DNA of 64,000 nucleotides from Candidatus Latescibacterota bacterium (GTDB lineage Bacteria; Latescibacterota; UBA2968; UBA8231): NCBI GenBank assembly GCA_965248265.1, contig CBDFJF010000001.1, positions 640,001 to 704,000 of the forward strand, read 5' to 3'. Shown piece by piece: positions 21,089 to 30,184 of this stretch (position 1 is its first letter; each line of letters starts with the position of its first letter). The notes under the pieces were generated by a model. It saw only the letters and a program-made list of their open reading frames with translations, ran no database searches and was not told where the DNA came from. The position numbers and the translations under genes were made by a program.

Positions 21089-21667
21089 ATGGATAAGACT
21101 CTGATCGTCTGGCGAAGAACCGGCAAGGAACACGGCGAGGATTCATTTCAGGTTAACCCTCCGGAGTTGATCGATGAGCACCTCCGAAGCAAGATTGAGC
21201 AGGTGCGCGCTACACAAGACGACGAGTGGCGATGGTATCAGATCAACGACGAGGTGCTGGTAGAGATTCCCGAGCCCGACGAACACTACAAGCCCTCCAG
21301 TCGGATCTACTACCTGCCAAAACGGCACTGTGTGGCCATAGCCGATCTGAGATTCGGTGGATTCCGCCGTGAAAAACAGCCTTGGGAACCGGAGTTGTTC
21401 TGGTATGTCCACGTCGGAGCGATAGAGTTCGATCAGAAATATGGCTCGTGGGTATTCACCGACCTATTCGCAGACGTAGTGGCGTCTCGCGATGGGCTGA
21501 TTTACCGGGTCAAGGACCTTGACGATGTGGCAGAGGTGATGCGGCTCGGCCTGATCGATCAGCAGAAAGCTGCCTTCATCCTTGACCGTACGCATGATCT
21601 GATTGAGGCGATGAAGATGAACGAATTCCCCTTCCCCGAGCTTCAGAAGGCCATGGATGAAGATTGA
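21089..21667 (+). CDS. DUF402-like protein
   Basis: WYVHV...TDLFADVV...VKDLDD...GLID pattern. Confidence 0.6.
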   Translation: MDKTLIVWRRTGKEHGEDSFQVNPPELIDEHLRSKIEQVRATQDDEWRWYQINDEVLVEIPEPDEHYKPSSRIYYLPKRHCVAIADLRFGGFRREKQPWEPELFWYVHVGAIEFDQKYGSWVFTDLFADVVASRDGLIYRVKDLDDVAEVMRLGLIDQQKAAFILDRTHDLIEAMKMNEFPFPELQKAMDED

Positions 21668-21699
21668 AACTTACGCTAACGATCCAGACGCTCGTACGT

Positions 21700-21730
21700 A
21701 CGACCATCTCCTCTACAGGACGATGCTCGG
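21700..21730. repeat. 31-bp two-arm site
   Basis: ACGACCATCTCC-TCTACAG-GACGATGCTCGG. Confidence 0.85.
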
Positions 21731-21791
21731 TTTTCTGCCTGATTCGTGAAAGCGGCCAAAGGTTCGTGGAACAGCCTATTTCGTTGGATTG

Positions 21792-21809
21792 TGCGAACCT
21801 TTGTTCGCA
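21792..21809. promoter_or_regulatory. Palindromic operator, LexA (GAAC-N4-GTTC)-like
   Basis: TGCGAAC-CTTT-GTTCGCA directly before TATAAC. Confidence 0.5.
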
Positions 21810-21837
21810 TATAACCAGTTTGAAAGCGAGTGAGAGT

Positions 21838-22464
21838 ATGGCAGCTGACATGCGCGAAACAGACGTTGGTCACTATCTGCAGCGGTCTGAGGTGATGGAC
21901 TTTGAAGACGAAGACGTGTTGCGGCAGGCGCATGAGTTGGCCGCAGGCAGTACGGATCCAGCTGCCATCGCGAAGCGCTGTTTCGAGTGGGTGCGGGACG
22001 AGATCAAACACAGTGGGGATTTCCAGATGGACCCGACCACGTGCAAAGCCTCGGAGGTTCTCCGCCACGGATCCGGTTGGTGCTTCGCGAAAAGCCACCT
22101 GCTAGCGGCATTTCTTAGGGCCAACGGAGTACCTGCAGGTCTGTGTTACCAGCGACTTGCGCGCAACGGGCGAACCGCACTATTCACCCTGCATGGATTG
22201 AATGCAGTTCACTTGCCCGAGTATGGCTGGTACCGCGTTGATCCGCGTGGCAACAGACCGGGTGTGAACGCGGAGTTCGCTCCACCCAGGGAGCAGCTGG
22301 CCTGGCCGATCAAGGTTTCAGGGGAAGGCGACTTGCCTGGGGTCTATTCCGATCCACTACCAGAGATTGTTTCCCTGTTGAATAGCCACGCCACGTGGCG
22401 GGGAGTGCGTGACAACCTGCCTGACACAGCAGTACCAGTTTCACAGGGAGACGCCATCACATAA
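21838..22464 (+). CDS. Transglutaminase-like protein
   Basis: GWCFAKSHLL, LHGLNAV, WYRVDPRGN (C-H-D triad). Confidence 0.9.
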   Translation: MAADMRETDVGHYLQRSEVMDFEDEDVLRQAHELAAGSTDPAAIAKRCFEWVRDEIKHSGDFQMDPTTCKASEVLRHGSGWCFAKSHLLAAFLRANGVPAGLCYQRLARNGRTALFTLHGLNAVHLPEYGWYRVDPRGNRPGVNAEFAPPREQLAWPIKVSGEGDLPGVYSDPLPEIVSLLNSHATWRGVRDNLPDTAVPVSQGDAIT

Positions 22465-22548
22465 CAACTCCATACCTGCTTCGTCGCTTCGCTCCTCGGC
22501 CTTGGGGCAACGGCCTGCGGCCGTTCAGGTATGGGTAAGACGTTAGCC
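22459..22548 (+). repeat. Integron attC site 1
   Basis: ACATAAC...GTTAGCC with inner CCATACCTG/CAGGTATGG stem; overlaps the stop codon. Confidence 0.8.
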
Positions 22549-22588
22549 GAAAGCGAATCATGTCCTGACACATAATGTCGAGGTTGCA

Positions 22589-23245
22589 ATGGAACGCATT
22601 ATTGCGAATCTCTATCGCTGTAGCAGCGCGAAAAGTAAGAAGGAAAACACTCACACCTATTTTCTCCAAAGAGACGAGGGCAACTTACTGGTCTGCCACC
22701 AAACAGCTCCCTCGAGCGAAGACCTTGATCAGATCGAGGGATTGGGCGGGATTGGAAGTCAATGGGTGTGTCACCAACATGATCTCATCGGAAACGGCCT
22801 CCACGACGAACTCTACGAACGCTTCGGATGTATGCTCCATCATCATCGTGCCGATGTGAAAGGAGTGCGCAAGAAGACTAAGTGTCCTGAGGTGCAGTTC
22901 GGCAACGATGGCTTGGAACACGGCTCAGATTTCGAAGCGTTGTATTTCCCCTGCTGCACAGATGGATTCACGATTTACCGATGGCGTGACAGAAGCAAGT
23001 ACTTTCTGATATCGAGTCACGCAATCTGCATGCGTGATGGAGAGTGGAGAGTACATTTTCCGTACCCCGCGTACCGCAATGACCTCCTGCGACCTCAGAT
23101 CGCCAAACTCGCCAAGACGAGAGTGGACTACGTGTTACCAGGGTACACGGCGCCAGACGAAGATGAATACTACCGCCTCAACGATCAGTCGAGGAAGTCT
23201 CTTTCTGCGACTTTGAGGGCAAGATCTCGGGCAGACACTGAGTAG
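22589..23245 (+). CDS. Hypothetical protein, MBL-fold-like (integron cassette)
   Basis: TYFLQRDEGNLLV, CHQHD, YVLPG; bounded by attC sites. Confidence 0.6.
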   Translation: MERIIANLYRCSSAKSKKENTHTYFLQRDEGNLLVCHQTAPSSEDLDQIEGLGGIGSQWVCHQHDLIGNGLHDELYERFGCMLHHHRADVKGVRKKTKCPEVQFGNDGLEHGSDFEALYFPCCTDGFTIYRWRDRSKYFLISSHAICMRDGEWRVHFPYPAYRNDLLRPQIAKLAKTRVDYVLPGYTAPDEDEYYRLNDQSRKSLSATLRARSRADTE

Positions 23246-23274
23246 GCGGCTGCAGATGACCGGAACTCGCCTTC

Positions 23275-23370
23275 GGCTAACAGCACGCTTTGGGCTGCGG
23301 CGCGTTCGCGCCTTGGTCTTCGGCGGCGCCTCGGCAAGCTCGGCGTTCGCAAACCGGCAAAACGTTATGT
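23275..23370 (+). repeat. Integron attC site 2
   Basis: TCGGCTAAC is the exact complement of the upstream GTTAGCCGA; ends GTTATGT. Confidence 0.8.
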
Positions 23371-23421
23371 GAAACCGTCTCGAGCGCTAGGCGGTCGAGC
23401 GAGGAAGGGGAGGGCATCGAG

Positions 23422-23958
23422 GTGAGGACACTCTACACGGTTGCGTATCCGGAGTTGGACGTGTCCGACGCAGAGTTCATTGCCCGCTTTCGGGACCAGC
23501 ACGATCTGCCGTACCGCGACGTTGTGGGAGCGCATTTCACGCTCGTGTTTGGCTATGAAGCGGAGGGTGAAGCAGCCTACCTCGACCATGTGAAGTCGGT
23601 TGTCGCGAGGCGGGCCCCTATCGATTTCCACTGTCGGTACGCGATGCTAGGCGACGACGCGACGAGCGACACGGCCCACGTGTTCCTGGTCCCCGATGAA
23701 GGGTACAGCTCCATGTCACTGCTGCACGACTCGCTGTATAGGGAATTGCTCGCCGATTATCTTCGATTGGATGTAGCCTACACGCCGCACATCACGATCG
23801 GGACGCTGGAGGACAGTCGAGTCGCGAAACGCCTGTGCGACGAGTTGAACGAGCAGAAGGTGGACATTCGCGGTCGAGTCGACGCCGTGACGGTCGGCGC
23901 TTTGGTCGGTGGGACACTGGAGGACGTGGCGACGTTTCCGTTGGCGGGCGAAGGTTAG
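23422..23958 (+). CDS. 2H phosphoesterase (2'-5' RNA ligase family), integron cassette
   Basis: Two HxT motifs (AHFTL, PHITI). Confidence 0.85.
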   Translation: MRTLYTVAYPELDVSDAEFIARFRDQHDLPYRDVVGAHFTLVFGYEAEGEAAYLDHVKSVVARRAPIDFHCRYAMLGDDATSDTAHVFLVPDEGYSSMSLLHDSLYRELLADYLRLDVAYTPHITIGTLEDSRVAKRLCDELNEQKVDIRGRVDAVTVGALVGGTLEDVATFPLAGEG

Positions 23959-23998
23959 ACGCCAGCGGGAGCCAGTGAGCATTGCGGCCGACGGCTAC

Positions 23999-24088
23999 AC
24001 ATAACAGGTCCACTGGCGGCTGCGGGCCTTCGGCTCTCTGCGAATACCCGCCTTACTGCGGGCGTCGCCAGTGGCCAAGACGTTACCT
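23999..24088 (+). repeat. Integron attC site 3
   Basis: CACATAAC complements the upstream GTTATGTG; inner CCACTGGCG/CGCCAGTGG; ends GTTACCT. Confidence 0.8.
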
Positions 24089-24134
24089 GAAATTGAAGAG
24101 AAGGTAGCTGGGGGATGGCACACGTTCGGAGATA

Positions 24135-24677
24135 GTGAGAATTCAGGTGGACGAGACGATTGTACGGAAGCTATCAGAATTCGAGGCACAATGGCGTGAA
24201 AAATATGAGGCTGAAAGGAAACAGCTTCTCACAGTTTTCGGGGATGCCGCGCTTGAAATTGAGCATATCGGCGGGACCGCCGTCGATGGTCTGACGTCTA
24301 AGCCAGTCATTGACATTGCCGTGATGATCGAGCGTCGAGAAGACGCCGACAGTTTCAGTGAAGCTCTGGCTAGTCTGGACTACACCTTCAGGTCACTCAG
24401 TACCGAGCGGCATTTCTATGTAAAGGGGAGGCCGCGCGAGTTTCACCTGTCTGTTGCCTACGCCGACGAGGGTGGTTTTTGGCCGAGGCAGATCCTGTTC
24501 CGCGACTATCTACGCACTCACCCCGAAGCTCGCAGAGAATACGCACAGCTAAAGACCGAGCTGTTGAGTGGAGATCCATCTGGTGAGACGTATTCGGAAG
24601 GTAAAACAGATTTTGTATACCGCATCCTAAATTTGGCGGGTTGGAAGACCGGCGAGAAATACAGTCCACGCAGTTGA
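24135..24677 (+). CDS. GrpB family protein
   Basis: IEHIGGTAV.GL.SKPVIDI, FRDYLR.HP, YAQLK, Y.EGK. Confidence 0.9.
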   Translation: MRIQVDETIVRKLSEFEAQWREKYEAERKQLLTVFGDAALEIEHIGGTAVDGLTSKPVIDIAVMIERREDADSFSEALASLDYTFRSLSTERHFYVKGRPREFHLSVAYADEGGFWPRQILFRDYLRTHPEARREYAQLKTELLSGDPSGETYSEGKTDFVYRILNLAGWKTGEKYSPRS

Positions 24678-24722
24678 TGATGAGGCGATCCCATCCTGAA
24701 TGTGCGAACTGTTGCCTCGCCG

Positions 24723-24753
24723 CCGCCCGTCAGATCCTATATCTGATGCCCGG
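24723..24753. repeat. 31-bp two-arm site
   Basis: CCGCCCGTCAGA-TCCTATA-TCTGATGCCCGG. Confidence 0.85.
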
Positions 24754-24799
24754 CCCCCTACATGCAATTCGTTGTTGATATTCCTCGCGGAGGGCGATA

Positions 24800-25399
24800 A
24801 TGCAAACAAGATGGCATGATCTCGTTTTGACGTTGGCACTGTCCGCAAACGCATCGCTGGTAGGCTGTGCGACTCCTGCGCGCCAACTGGTCCCGGACGA
24901 CACCGAAATCCTTTCCCTTACCGCTCGGCACGATGCCTCGATCCTGGCCGTCGATCGCACCGACCACGCCAAAGATTGGATCGGCGAGTATAAGGGCCGT
25001 GGCGATTTTTTCAACGGGCAATTTTGGGAGCGCCAGAGGGCCACTCGGGTGTTTTTTAATTATGGCCGAAGAACAGCCGATGGCCGCCGAACTATTTCAA
25101 TGGGTGGATTCACTAATAGAATCGATGCTCATGAGGGGCATTTTGCCATTCACGACATAGAACTGGGCGAGTCAAGTGAGGTGAAGGGAGTTTTCGGAGG
25201 ATTCCCTGCCGATAAAGGGCTGCGTCGAAATCGCGAAAGATTGGAGTATACCTTCTCGTTGAATGACGATGGAATTGAGGGGCATGTAAAGCAATACTGG
25301 GCGGAAGGCGAGGACGGGCCGTTTGTCCCCAGGAAACAATGGGTTTTTGAATTGAAGAAGAACCGCGTAGACCGGGGCTTAGTTGGTTTTCCTCAATGA
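24800..25399 (+). CDS. Hypothetical lipoprotein
   Basis: Lipobox LVGC, RBS GGAGG. Confidence 0.6.
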   Translation: MQTRWHDLVLTLALSANASLVGCATPARQLVPDDTEILSLTARHDASILAVDRTDHAKDWIGEYKGRGDFFNGQFWERQRATRVFFNYGRRTADGRRTISMGGFTNRIDAHEGHFAIHDIELGESSEVKGVFGGFPADKGLRRNRERLEYTFSLNDDGIEGHVKQYWAEGEDGPFVPRKQWVFELKKNRVDRGLVGFPQ

Positions 25400-25592
25400 T
25401 GAAAGGCCCGAAAGCAGTCGTGTCATGGATGGCTACTGTTTCGAGGCGTGCGACCCGATCCGGGTCGACAGCGTTCGTCATCGGGTGACGTGGAACGGCA
25501 GCCCCGACGTGAGCAAGCTGGCCGGCCAGCCGATTCGGCTGCGCTTTCACATGGCGTTCGCCAGCTTGTACGCTTTTGGGTTCAAGGAGTGA
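25383..25592 (+). pseudogene. C-terminal fragment of a glycoside-hydrolase-like protein
   Basis: CDPI..DS....VTW.G..DVS.LAG.PIRLRF.M..ASLYAF terminal motif with no N-terminal part. Confidence 0.6.
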
Positions 25593-25595
25593 CGG

Positions 25596-27239
25596 GTGAC
25601 TCTTCTTCGGCTCGTTGCGGCGGCGGCCGTCGCTCTCGTGATCCTCACCAACCTGACGCTGGCGCAACCGATCGTGCTGCCTGACGAGCTGCTTGAGCCG
25701 GACTTGGCGCAGCCCCTGCGGACCCTCGATTCCGATGGCGTTGCGATCTCGATCTACGCGGCAAAGAAATCCGGACAACCCGAGGCGCTGGACAAGCGTG
25801 ATCCGACGGTGTTTACGGCCGGCTCCGGCAACGCGCCCTATTTCTACCCGCAGAACCCGACGCCGGCGACCATCGAGCTGCGGGCCGAAACCAACTATTA
25901 CGACCTCACGCAGAGCAAGACACTCACCGTCCAGATCCATGAATTGCAGCCCGAAACCGTGTACTTCTACCGCGTTGCGGATTCCGTCGAGATCAACCGC
26001 TTCAAGACCCCGCCCCCGGCCGGCCAGTTCAAGCCGTTCCGCTTCGTCGTGATCGGCGACACGCAGGGGCCCTATGACCATGCCGGCGACCAGCAATTGA
26101 ACAAGGACCGCCTGGTCATGGCGCCGTTCGCCCAGGCCAATCTCCCGGCCAATGCGCAGTTCAACCGGATCACCCAATCCATCCGCCGCAGCAACGTGAA
26201 GCCGGACTTCGTCGCCCACGTCGGGGATATCGTGGAGGACGCGCGCTACTGGGTGCAATGGACACGGGAACAGTTCAGCGATCTCAAATACCTGCTGACC
26301 CTAGCGCCGGTGTATCCGATCATGGGCAATCACGAATACCACGATCCCCGCTTTCACCGTTACTTCGGCCTGCCGATCACCGCCGAAGAACACGAAGCGG
26401 ACCCGGAGCGGCCGTTCTTTTCGTTCGACTGGGGCGACGCTCACTTCATCTTTCTCGACATGAACGGCGGCTGGTACACGATCTACGATATTGACGCCGT
26501 GCCGGAAGAATCCGGGACCTCCTACGACATTGACGGCATACCGCACCATTACGATATCAAGCACGTACGCGGCGGCCGCAGCTATGCGATCAGCGACGAG
26601 ACCCTGACCAGGCTGAAAGGACATCTCGCCGACGATCGTATCGCAAAGCTCCAAGCGTTGAAGGGCAAGGAAATGGATCGCGCGGCGTTGCAGAAACAGT
26701 TGAGCGACCTCGGCTTCAGCAAAGAAGAGAACCGGAAAACCCGCACGGCAGCAATCAAGTGTTACCGCAGCAACGTCGCCAATTGCCGGGTCGCGCTCTA
26801 TATCCTCGGCAGCCCGGTTCAGGAAGCGCAGATCAAGTGGGTGAAGAAGGACCTCGAAGCGAACAAGGACCGCAAGTACATCTTCGTCTTCACCCACCAC
26901 CCGCAGCTCTACGGGACATCGGAAAACAAACAATTCATCGAGCTGTACGAGAAATACCGGGTCTGTGCCACCTTCTCGGGGCACCTGCACCTCTATTCCC
27001 ACCATCTTCGCAACGGCGTGCACTACTTTCAGTCGGGCGGCGGCAGTGACGAGACCTACACGGCCCTGATCGACGAGCAGCCCGACAGTTTCGTCATGCA
27101 CCGCTACGGCCCGCAGTACATGATTCTCGATGTGCACGCGGACCGCGCCCTCGCCCTCGGTGTCGGTCCGGACAATCAGGTGTTCGAGCGGACCGTGATC
27201 CGCCCGCGGGATTCGGGAGCACGGTCAGCTTCGGATTGA
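25596..27239 (+). CDS. Secreted metallophosphoesterase (purple acid phosphatase-like)
   Basis: Signal peptide, LQPETVYFYRV FN3-like segment, GDTQ, GDIV, GNHE, HHP, SGHLH. Confidence 0.88.
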   Translation: MTLLRLVAAAAVALVILTNLTLAQPIVLPDELLEPDLAQPLRTLDSDGVAISIYAAKKSGQPEALDKRDPTVFTAGSGNAPYFYPQNPTPATIELRAETNYYDLTQSKTLTVQIHELQPETVYFYRVADSVEINRFKTPPPAGQFKPFRFVVIGDTQGPYDHAGDQQLNKDRLVMAPFAQANLPANAQFNRITQSIRRSNVKPDFVAHVGDIVEDARYWVQWTREQFSDLKYLLTLAPVYPIMGNHEYHDPRFHRYFGLPITAEEHEADPERPFFSFDWGDAHFIFLDMNGGWYTIYDIDAVPEESGTSYDIDGIPHHYDIKHVRGGRSYAISDETLTRLKGHLADDRIAKLQALKGKEMDRAALQKQLSDLGFSKEENRKTRTAAIKCYRSNVANCRVALYILGSPVQEAQIKWVKKDLEANKDRKYIFVFTHHPQLYGTSENKQFIELYEKYRVCATFSGHLHLYSHHLRNGVHYFQSGGGSDETYTALIDEQPDSFVMHRYGPQYMILDVHADRALALGVGPDNQVFERTVIRPRDSGARSASD

Positions 27240-27551
27240 GCAGGACCGACACATATTTGGTTTGTTTCCTTTGCAGACCTGGCTCACTTTGTTGGCAGAG
27301 GCAGGGTTTGAGGCGAGTACCCTTCCCTATGATGTGCAGTTCTTAGTGGCTATAAAATAGGTTATCGGTAATCGGTCAGGTGCTATTTTTTGTTTTTGAC
27401 GGTGTTGATGGCGGTTTTCGGGGGTTGACGGTCGATGGATGAACCTTGAGGCTGGGAATGGTGCCGTGCGGTGAACAGCTGTGAGCGAGGAGGGCGTTGC
27501 CAGTGACGTATCAGGGCACAGCGGTGCCTTGGCTGTGGCCGTGAATCGATG

Positions 27552-28140
27552 TCAGGCGGCGAAATCCAGCTCAGGTTGGGGATGGGGGCGTGCCGGGGCG
27601 ATCGGCGGTGCCCGTGGTGGCAGGCCGACGCCTTCCAGGTAGCGGGCAATGGAGCGGGGCTGGGTGAGTGCCGCGACGATTTTCATATGGCCGCCACAGC
27701 CGGGGCACACGGTGACGTCGACGCGGAACACTCTGCGCAAGAGGGCGGCCCAGGCCAGGCGGTGTCGGCGTTGGGCGGGTGTCGGCTCACCAGTTCGACC
27801 GGGGACCGGCTCTGGGTCCTGCACCTGTTCTTGTGGGCCGGGTACGATCTGTGCCCGAGCGGCGGCGTTGGGCGCCAAGACGCCATGGTAGCGCACCAGA
27901 TTGAGGCGTCGTGGGGGCACCAGGGCGGCCAGTTTCTCGATCAATTCTTGTGGCGAGAGCTCAATTCGATAGGTGCCGTCTGACCAGGGCGTTTTCAGGT
28001 CGAAGGCCACCTGCTCGGCATCGAGGATCTGCAGGCGTCCCGCCGCCAGCGGCGGTCGATTGACGTAGCGGCACAGTCTTTCCAGGCGAGTGCGGTCGGC
28101 GGCTGGCACACGGGTGGCCGCATGCAGGGAGAAGCCGCGG
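27552..28140 (-). pseudogene. IS91/ISCR-family (Y2) transposase, C-terminal fragment
   Basis: GFSLHA, LERLCRYVNRP, LKTPWSDGT, VRYHGVLAP, WAALLRRVF, CPGCGG. Confidence 0.88.
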
Positions 28141-28448
28141 CAGAGCGGACGCCAGGGCTCGCGACCAGTGCCCGGACACTCGCTGGTTTCCGCTTGCATT
28201 GAATGCGCCGCTGCACGGGGAGAACGAGTTGAGCGTTACACTGGTTGTCGGCGACACCGAGGCCTCCGGCGATCTCGTCATCGACGAGGTCGAAGTCTTC
28301 GTACAACCGAACTAGCTCAGACAGTTCGGTCCGGCATCTGCTGTGATCTGGATTTGAGCGGATTGCGCCCGGTGGGCGGTCATTAGTACGCTTCGAAAGG
28401 TGCGCGCGCGACGTGGACGAGTTAATGTTACCTCAATAGGAGGGCAAT

Positions 28449-29687
28449 ATGTGGCAGCCCGGCACACCCATCACCGGCTACTACCACGGACCAGGGGGTG
28501 GATCAGACCGGTGGGGTCCGCTGACACCCGGGATGGCCCGGAAGCTGGTAGATGGCGGTTTCAACCTGGCCTGGGGATGCACCGTGGAGGACCTCGACGT
28601 CGCCCACGAGCACGGGTTGCGCGTTGACCTGATCGGCTTGTACACGGAGGACCCCACCGTCTTCGACGACCCGGCGGGCAGAGCCAGGATCGATGCGGTC
28701 ATCGATAGCGTCAAAGACCATCCCGCTTTGTACTCCTACAACGTCAGCGACGAGCCGAGCGCTGTCAGGTTCTCGGAGTTTGCCAGGATGTTGGACTACT
28801 TCCGCGAGCGTGACCCCGACCACCTGGCCTACATCAATCTGTTTCCTACCTACGCCAGCAACGAGCAGCTGGGCACCGAGGGCGATACTACCCAGGCGTA
28901 CAGGGAACACCTGCGTCAGTACATCGAGATCATCCGCCCCGAACTGATCAGCTACGACCACTACAACCTCTACACGGACGGAGACACGGACGAGTACTTC
29001 CTCAATCTCGCGCTCGTGCGCGAGGCGACCCTGGGCGCCGGAATTCCCTTCCTCAACGTCGTCCAGGCGTGCTCACTGGATTTCCCGGACAGCCGTGTGC
29101 CCAACGGCGATGAGGGCAGGTACCTGGCCTACACGACACTGGCCTACGGAGGCCACGGGCTCTCGCAGTTCGTCTACTGGACTCGTGTCGACGACTTTGT
29201 CGGGGGCGGTGTTTCCGAGTACGCAGAGGGGCCATTCAACACTGAACGCGCCGCGGCCGACGCCGCTGCGCCACTGACTCCACTGGGTGAGGCCCTGCGT
29301 CAGATCAATCCCGAGTTCGTCGCCATCGCCGAGCAGCTGCAGCCGCTGACTTCCCTGGGTGTGTATCATTCCGGCCAACCGCCCGCGGGAGGTGCCGTAG
29401 AGGAGCTGGCGGGCGACGCTGCGTTTGCGGTGGATCCCCCGTTTGATCCGCAGCGGGACAAGGGGATTCTCTGGGGATTCTTTGGTTCATCAGTCGATCC
29501 GACACACGTGTTGGTCGTGAATCTGAACTACGGGCAGCGGATCACGACAACCGCAGTCGGCCCGGGACCCATGGAGGAATTCGACGTCCATGAGCGGCAG
29601 TGGCGTCCGGTTTCAGATGGAGTGCGCGCGAAACTGAACCTGGTGGCCGGTGGCGGCAGGCTTCTGCGCCTGCGACAGGGATCCTAG
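28449..29687 (+). CDS. Putative glycoside hydrolase (TIM-barrel)
   Basis: HPALYSYNVSDEP, YINLFP, ISYDHY; RBS AGGAGG. Confidence 0.65.
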   Translation: MWQPGTPITGYYHGPGGGSDRWGPLTPGMARKLVDGGFNLAWGCTVEDLDVAHEHGLRVDLIGLYTEDPTVFDDPAGRARIDAVIDSVKDHPALYSYNVSDEPSAVRFSEFARMLDYFRERDPDHLAYINLFPTYASNEQLGTEGDTTQAYREHLRQYIEIIRPELISYDHYNLYTDGDTDEYFLNLALVREATLGAGIPFLNVVQACSLDFPDSRVPNGDEGRYLAYTTLAYGGHGLSQFVYWTRVDDFVGGGVSEYAEGPFNTERAAADAAAPLTPLGEALRQINPEFVAIAEQLQPLTSLGVYHSGQPPAGGAVEELAGDAAFAVDPPFDPQRDKGILWGFFGSSVDPTHVLVVNLNYGQRITTTAVGPGPMEEFDVHERQWRPVSDGVRAKLNLVAGGGRLLRLRQGS

Positions 29688-29690
29688 ACC

Positions 29691-30062
29691 ATGCGCTTCG
29701 GCATTATCGGCTGCGGCGACATCGCCGAGCAATCGTTCGCTCCGAGTCTCGTTGACTCCGATGAGGTCGAACTCGCCGCCGTGTGCCGCCGCGACGGCGA
29801 CAAGGCGAGAGCGTTCGCACAACGCTTCGGCGGTTGTGCGGCCATCTATCGGCAAGTGGGCCTGCTCGGCGTCTGGTCCTTCCGACTCGAGCAGATAGCA
29901 GTCTGGTCCGCATTCGTGGCAGGCCGGCTGACCACGGGGGACATGGGAGAGCAGGCCTGGTTTTGGTGGGCCTTGACACTCTTCCTGTCAACGTTCGTTA
30001 CGTTGGGAGGCTTGTTTGTGCTCCGCTACGGGGTCACTGCGAAGGTCGGCGTCCAACTTTGA
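29691..30062 (+). pseudogene. Gfo/Idh/MocA N-terminus joined to an unrelated membrane fragment
   Basis: MRFGIIGCGDIA Rossmann start, abrupt switch to a hydrophobic tail after about 53 aa. Confidence 0.65.
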
Positions 30063-30153
30063 CAAAACAGACGACGGGGAAGCATCCCGAGGATGAGACA
30101 CCAGCCTGACCAATGGCCCCAGGGGCGCTCAACCGACTCTTGATAGCACCAAG

Positions 30154-30184
30154 CCGAGCATCGGATCCATACTGCGATGGTCAG
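30154..30184. repeat. 31-bp two-arm site
   Basis: CCGAGCATCGGA-TCCATAC-TGCGATGGTCAG. Confidence 0.88.

Noticed and set aside
27340-27550. Exact oriIS end of the IS91 remnant
   Set aside because: An AT-rich stretch is present but I could not match a terminal consensus with confidence.
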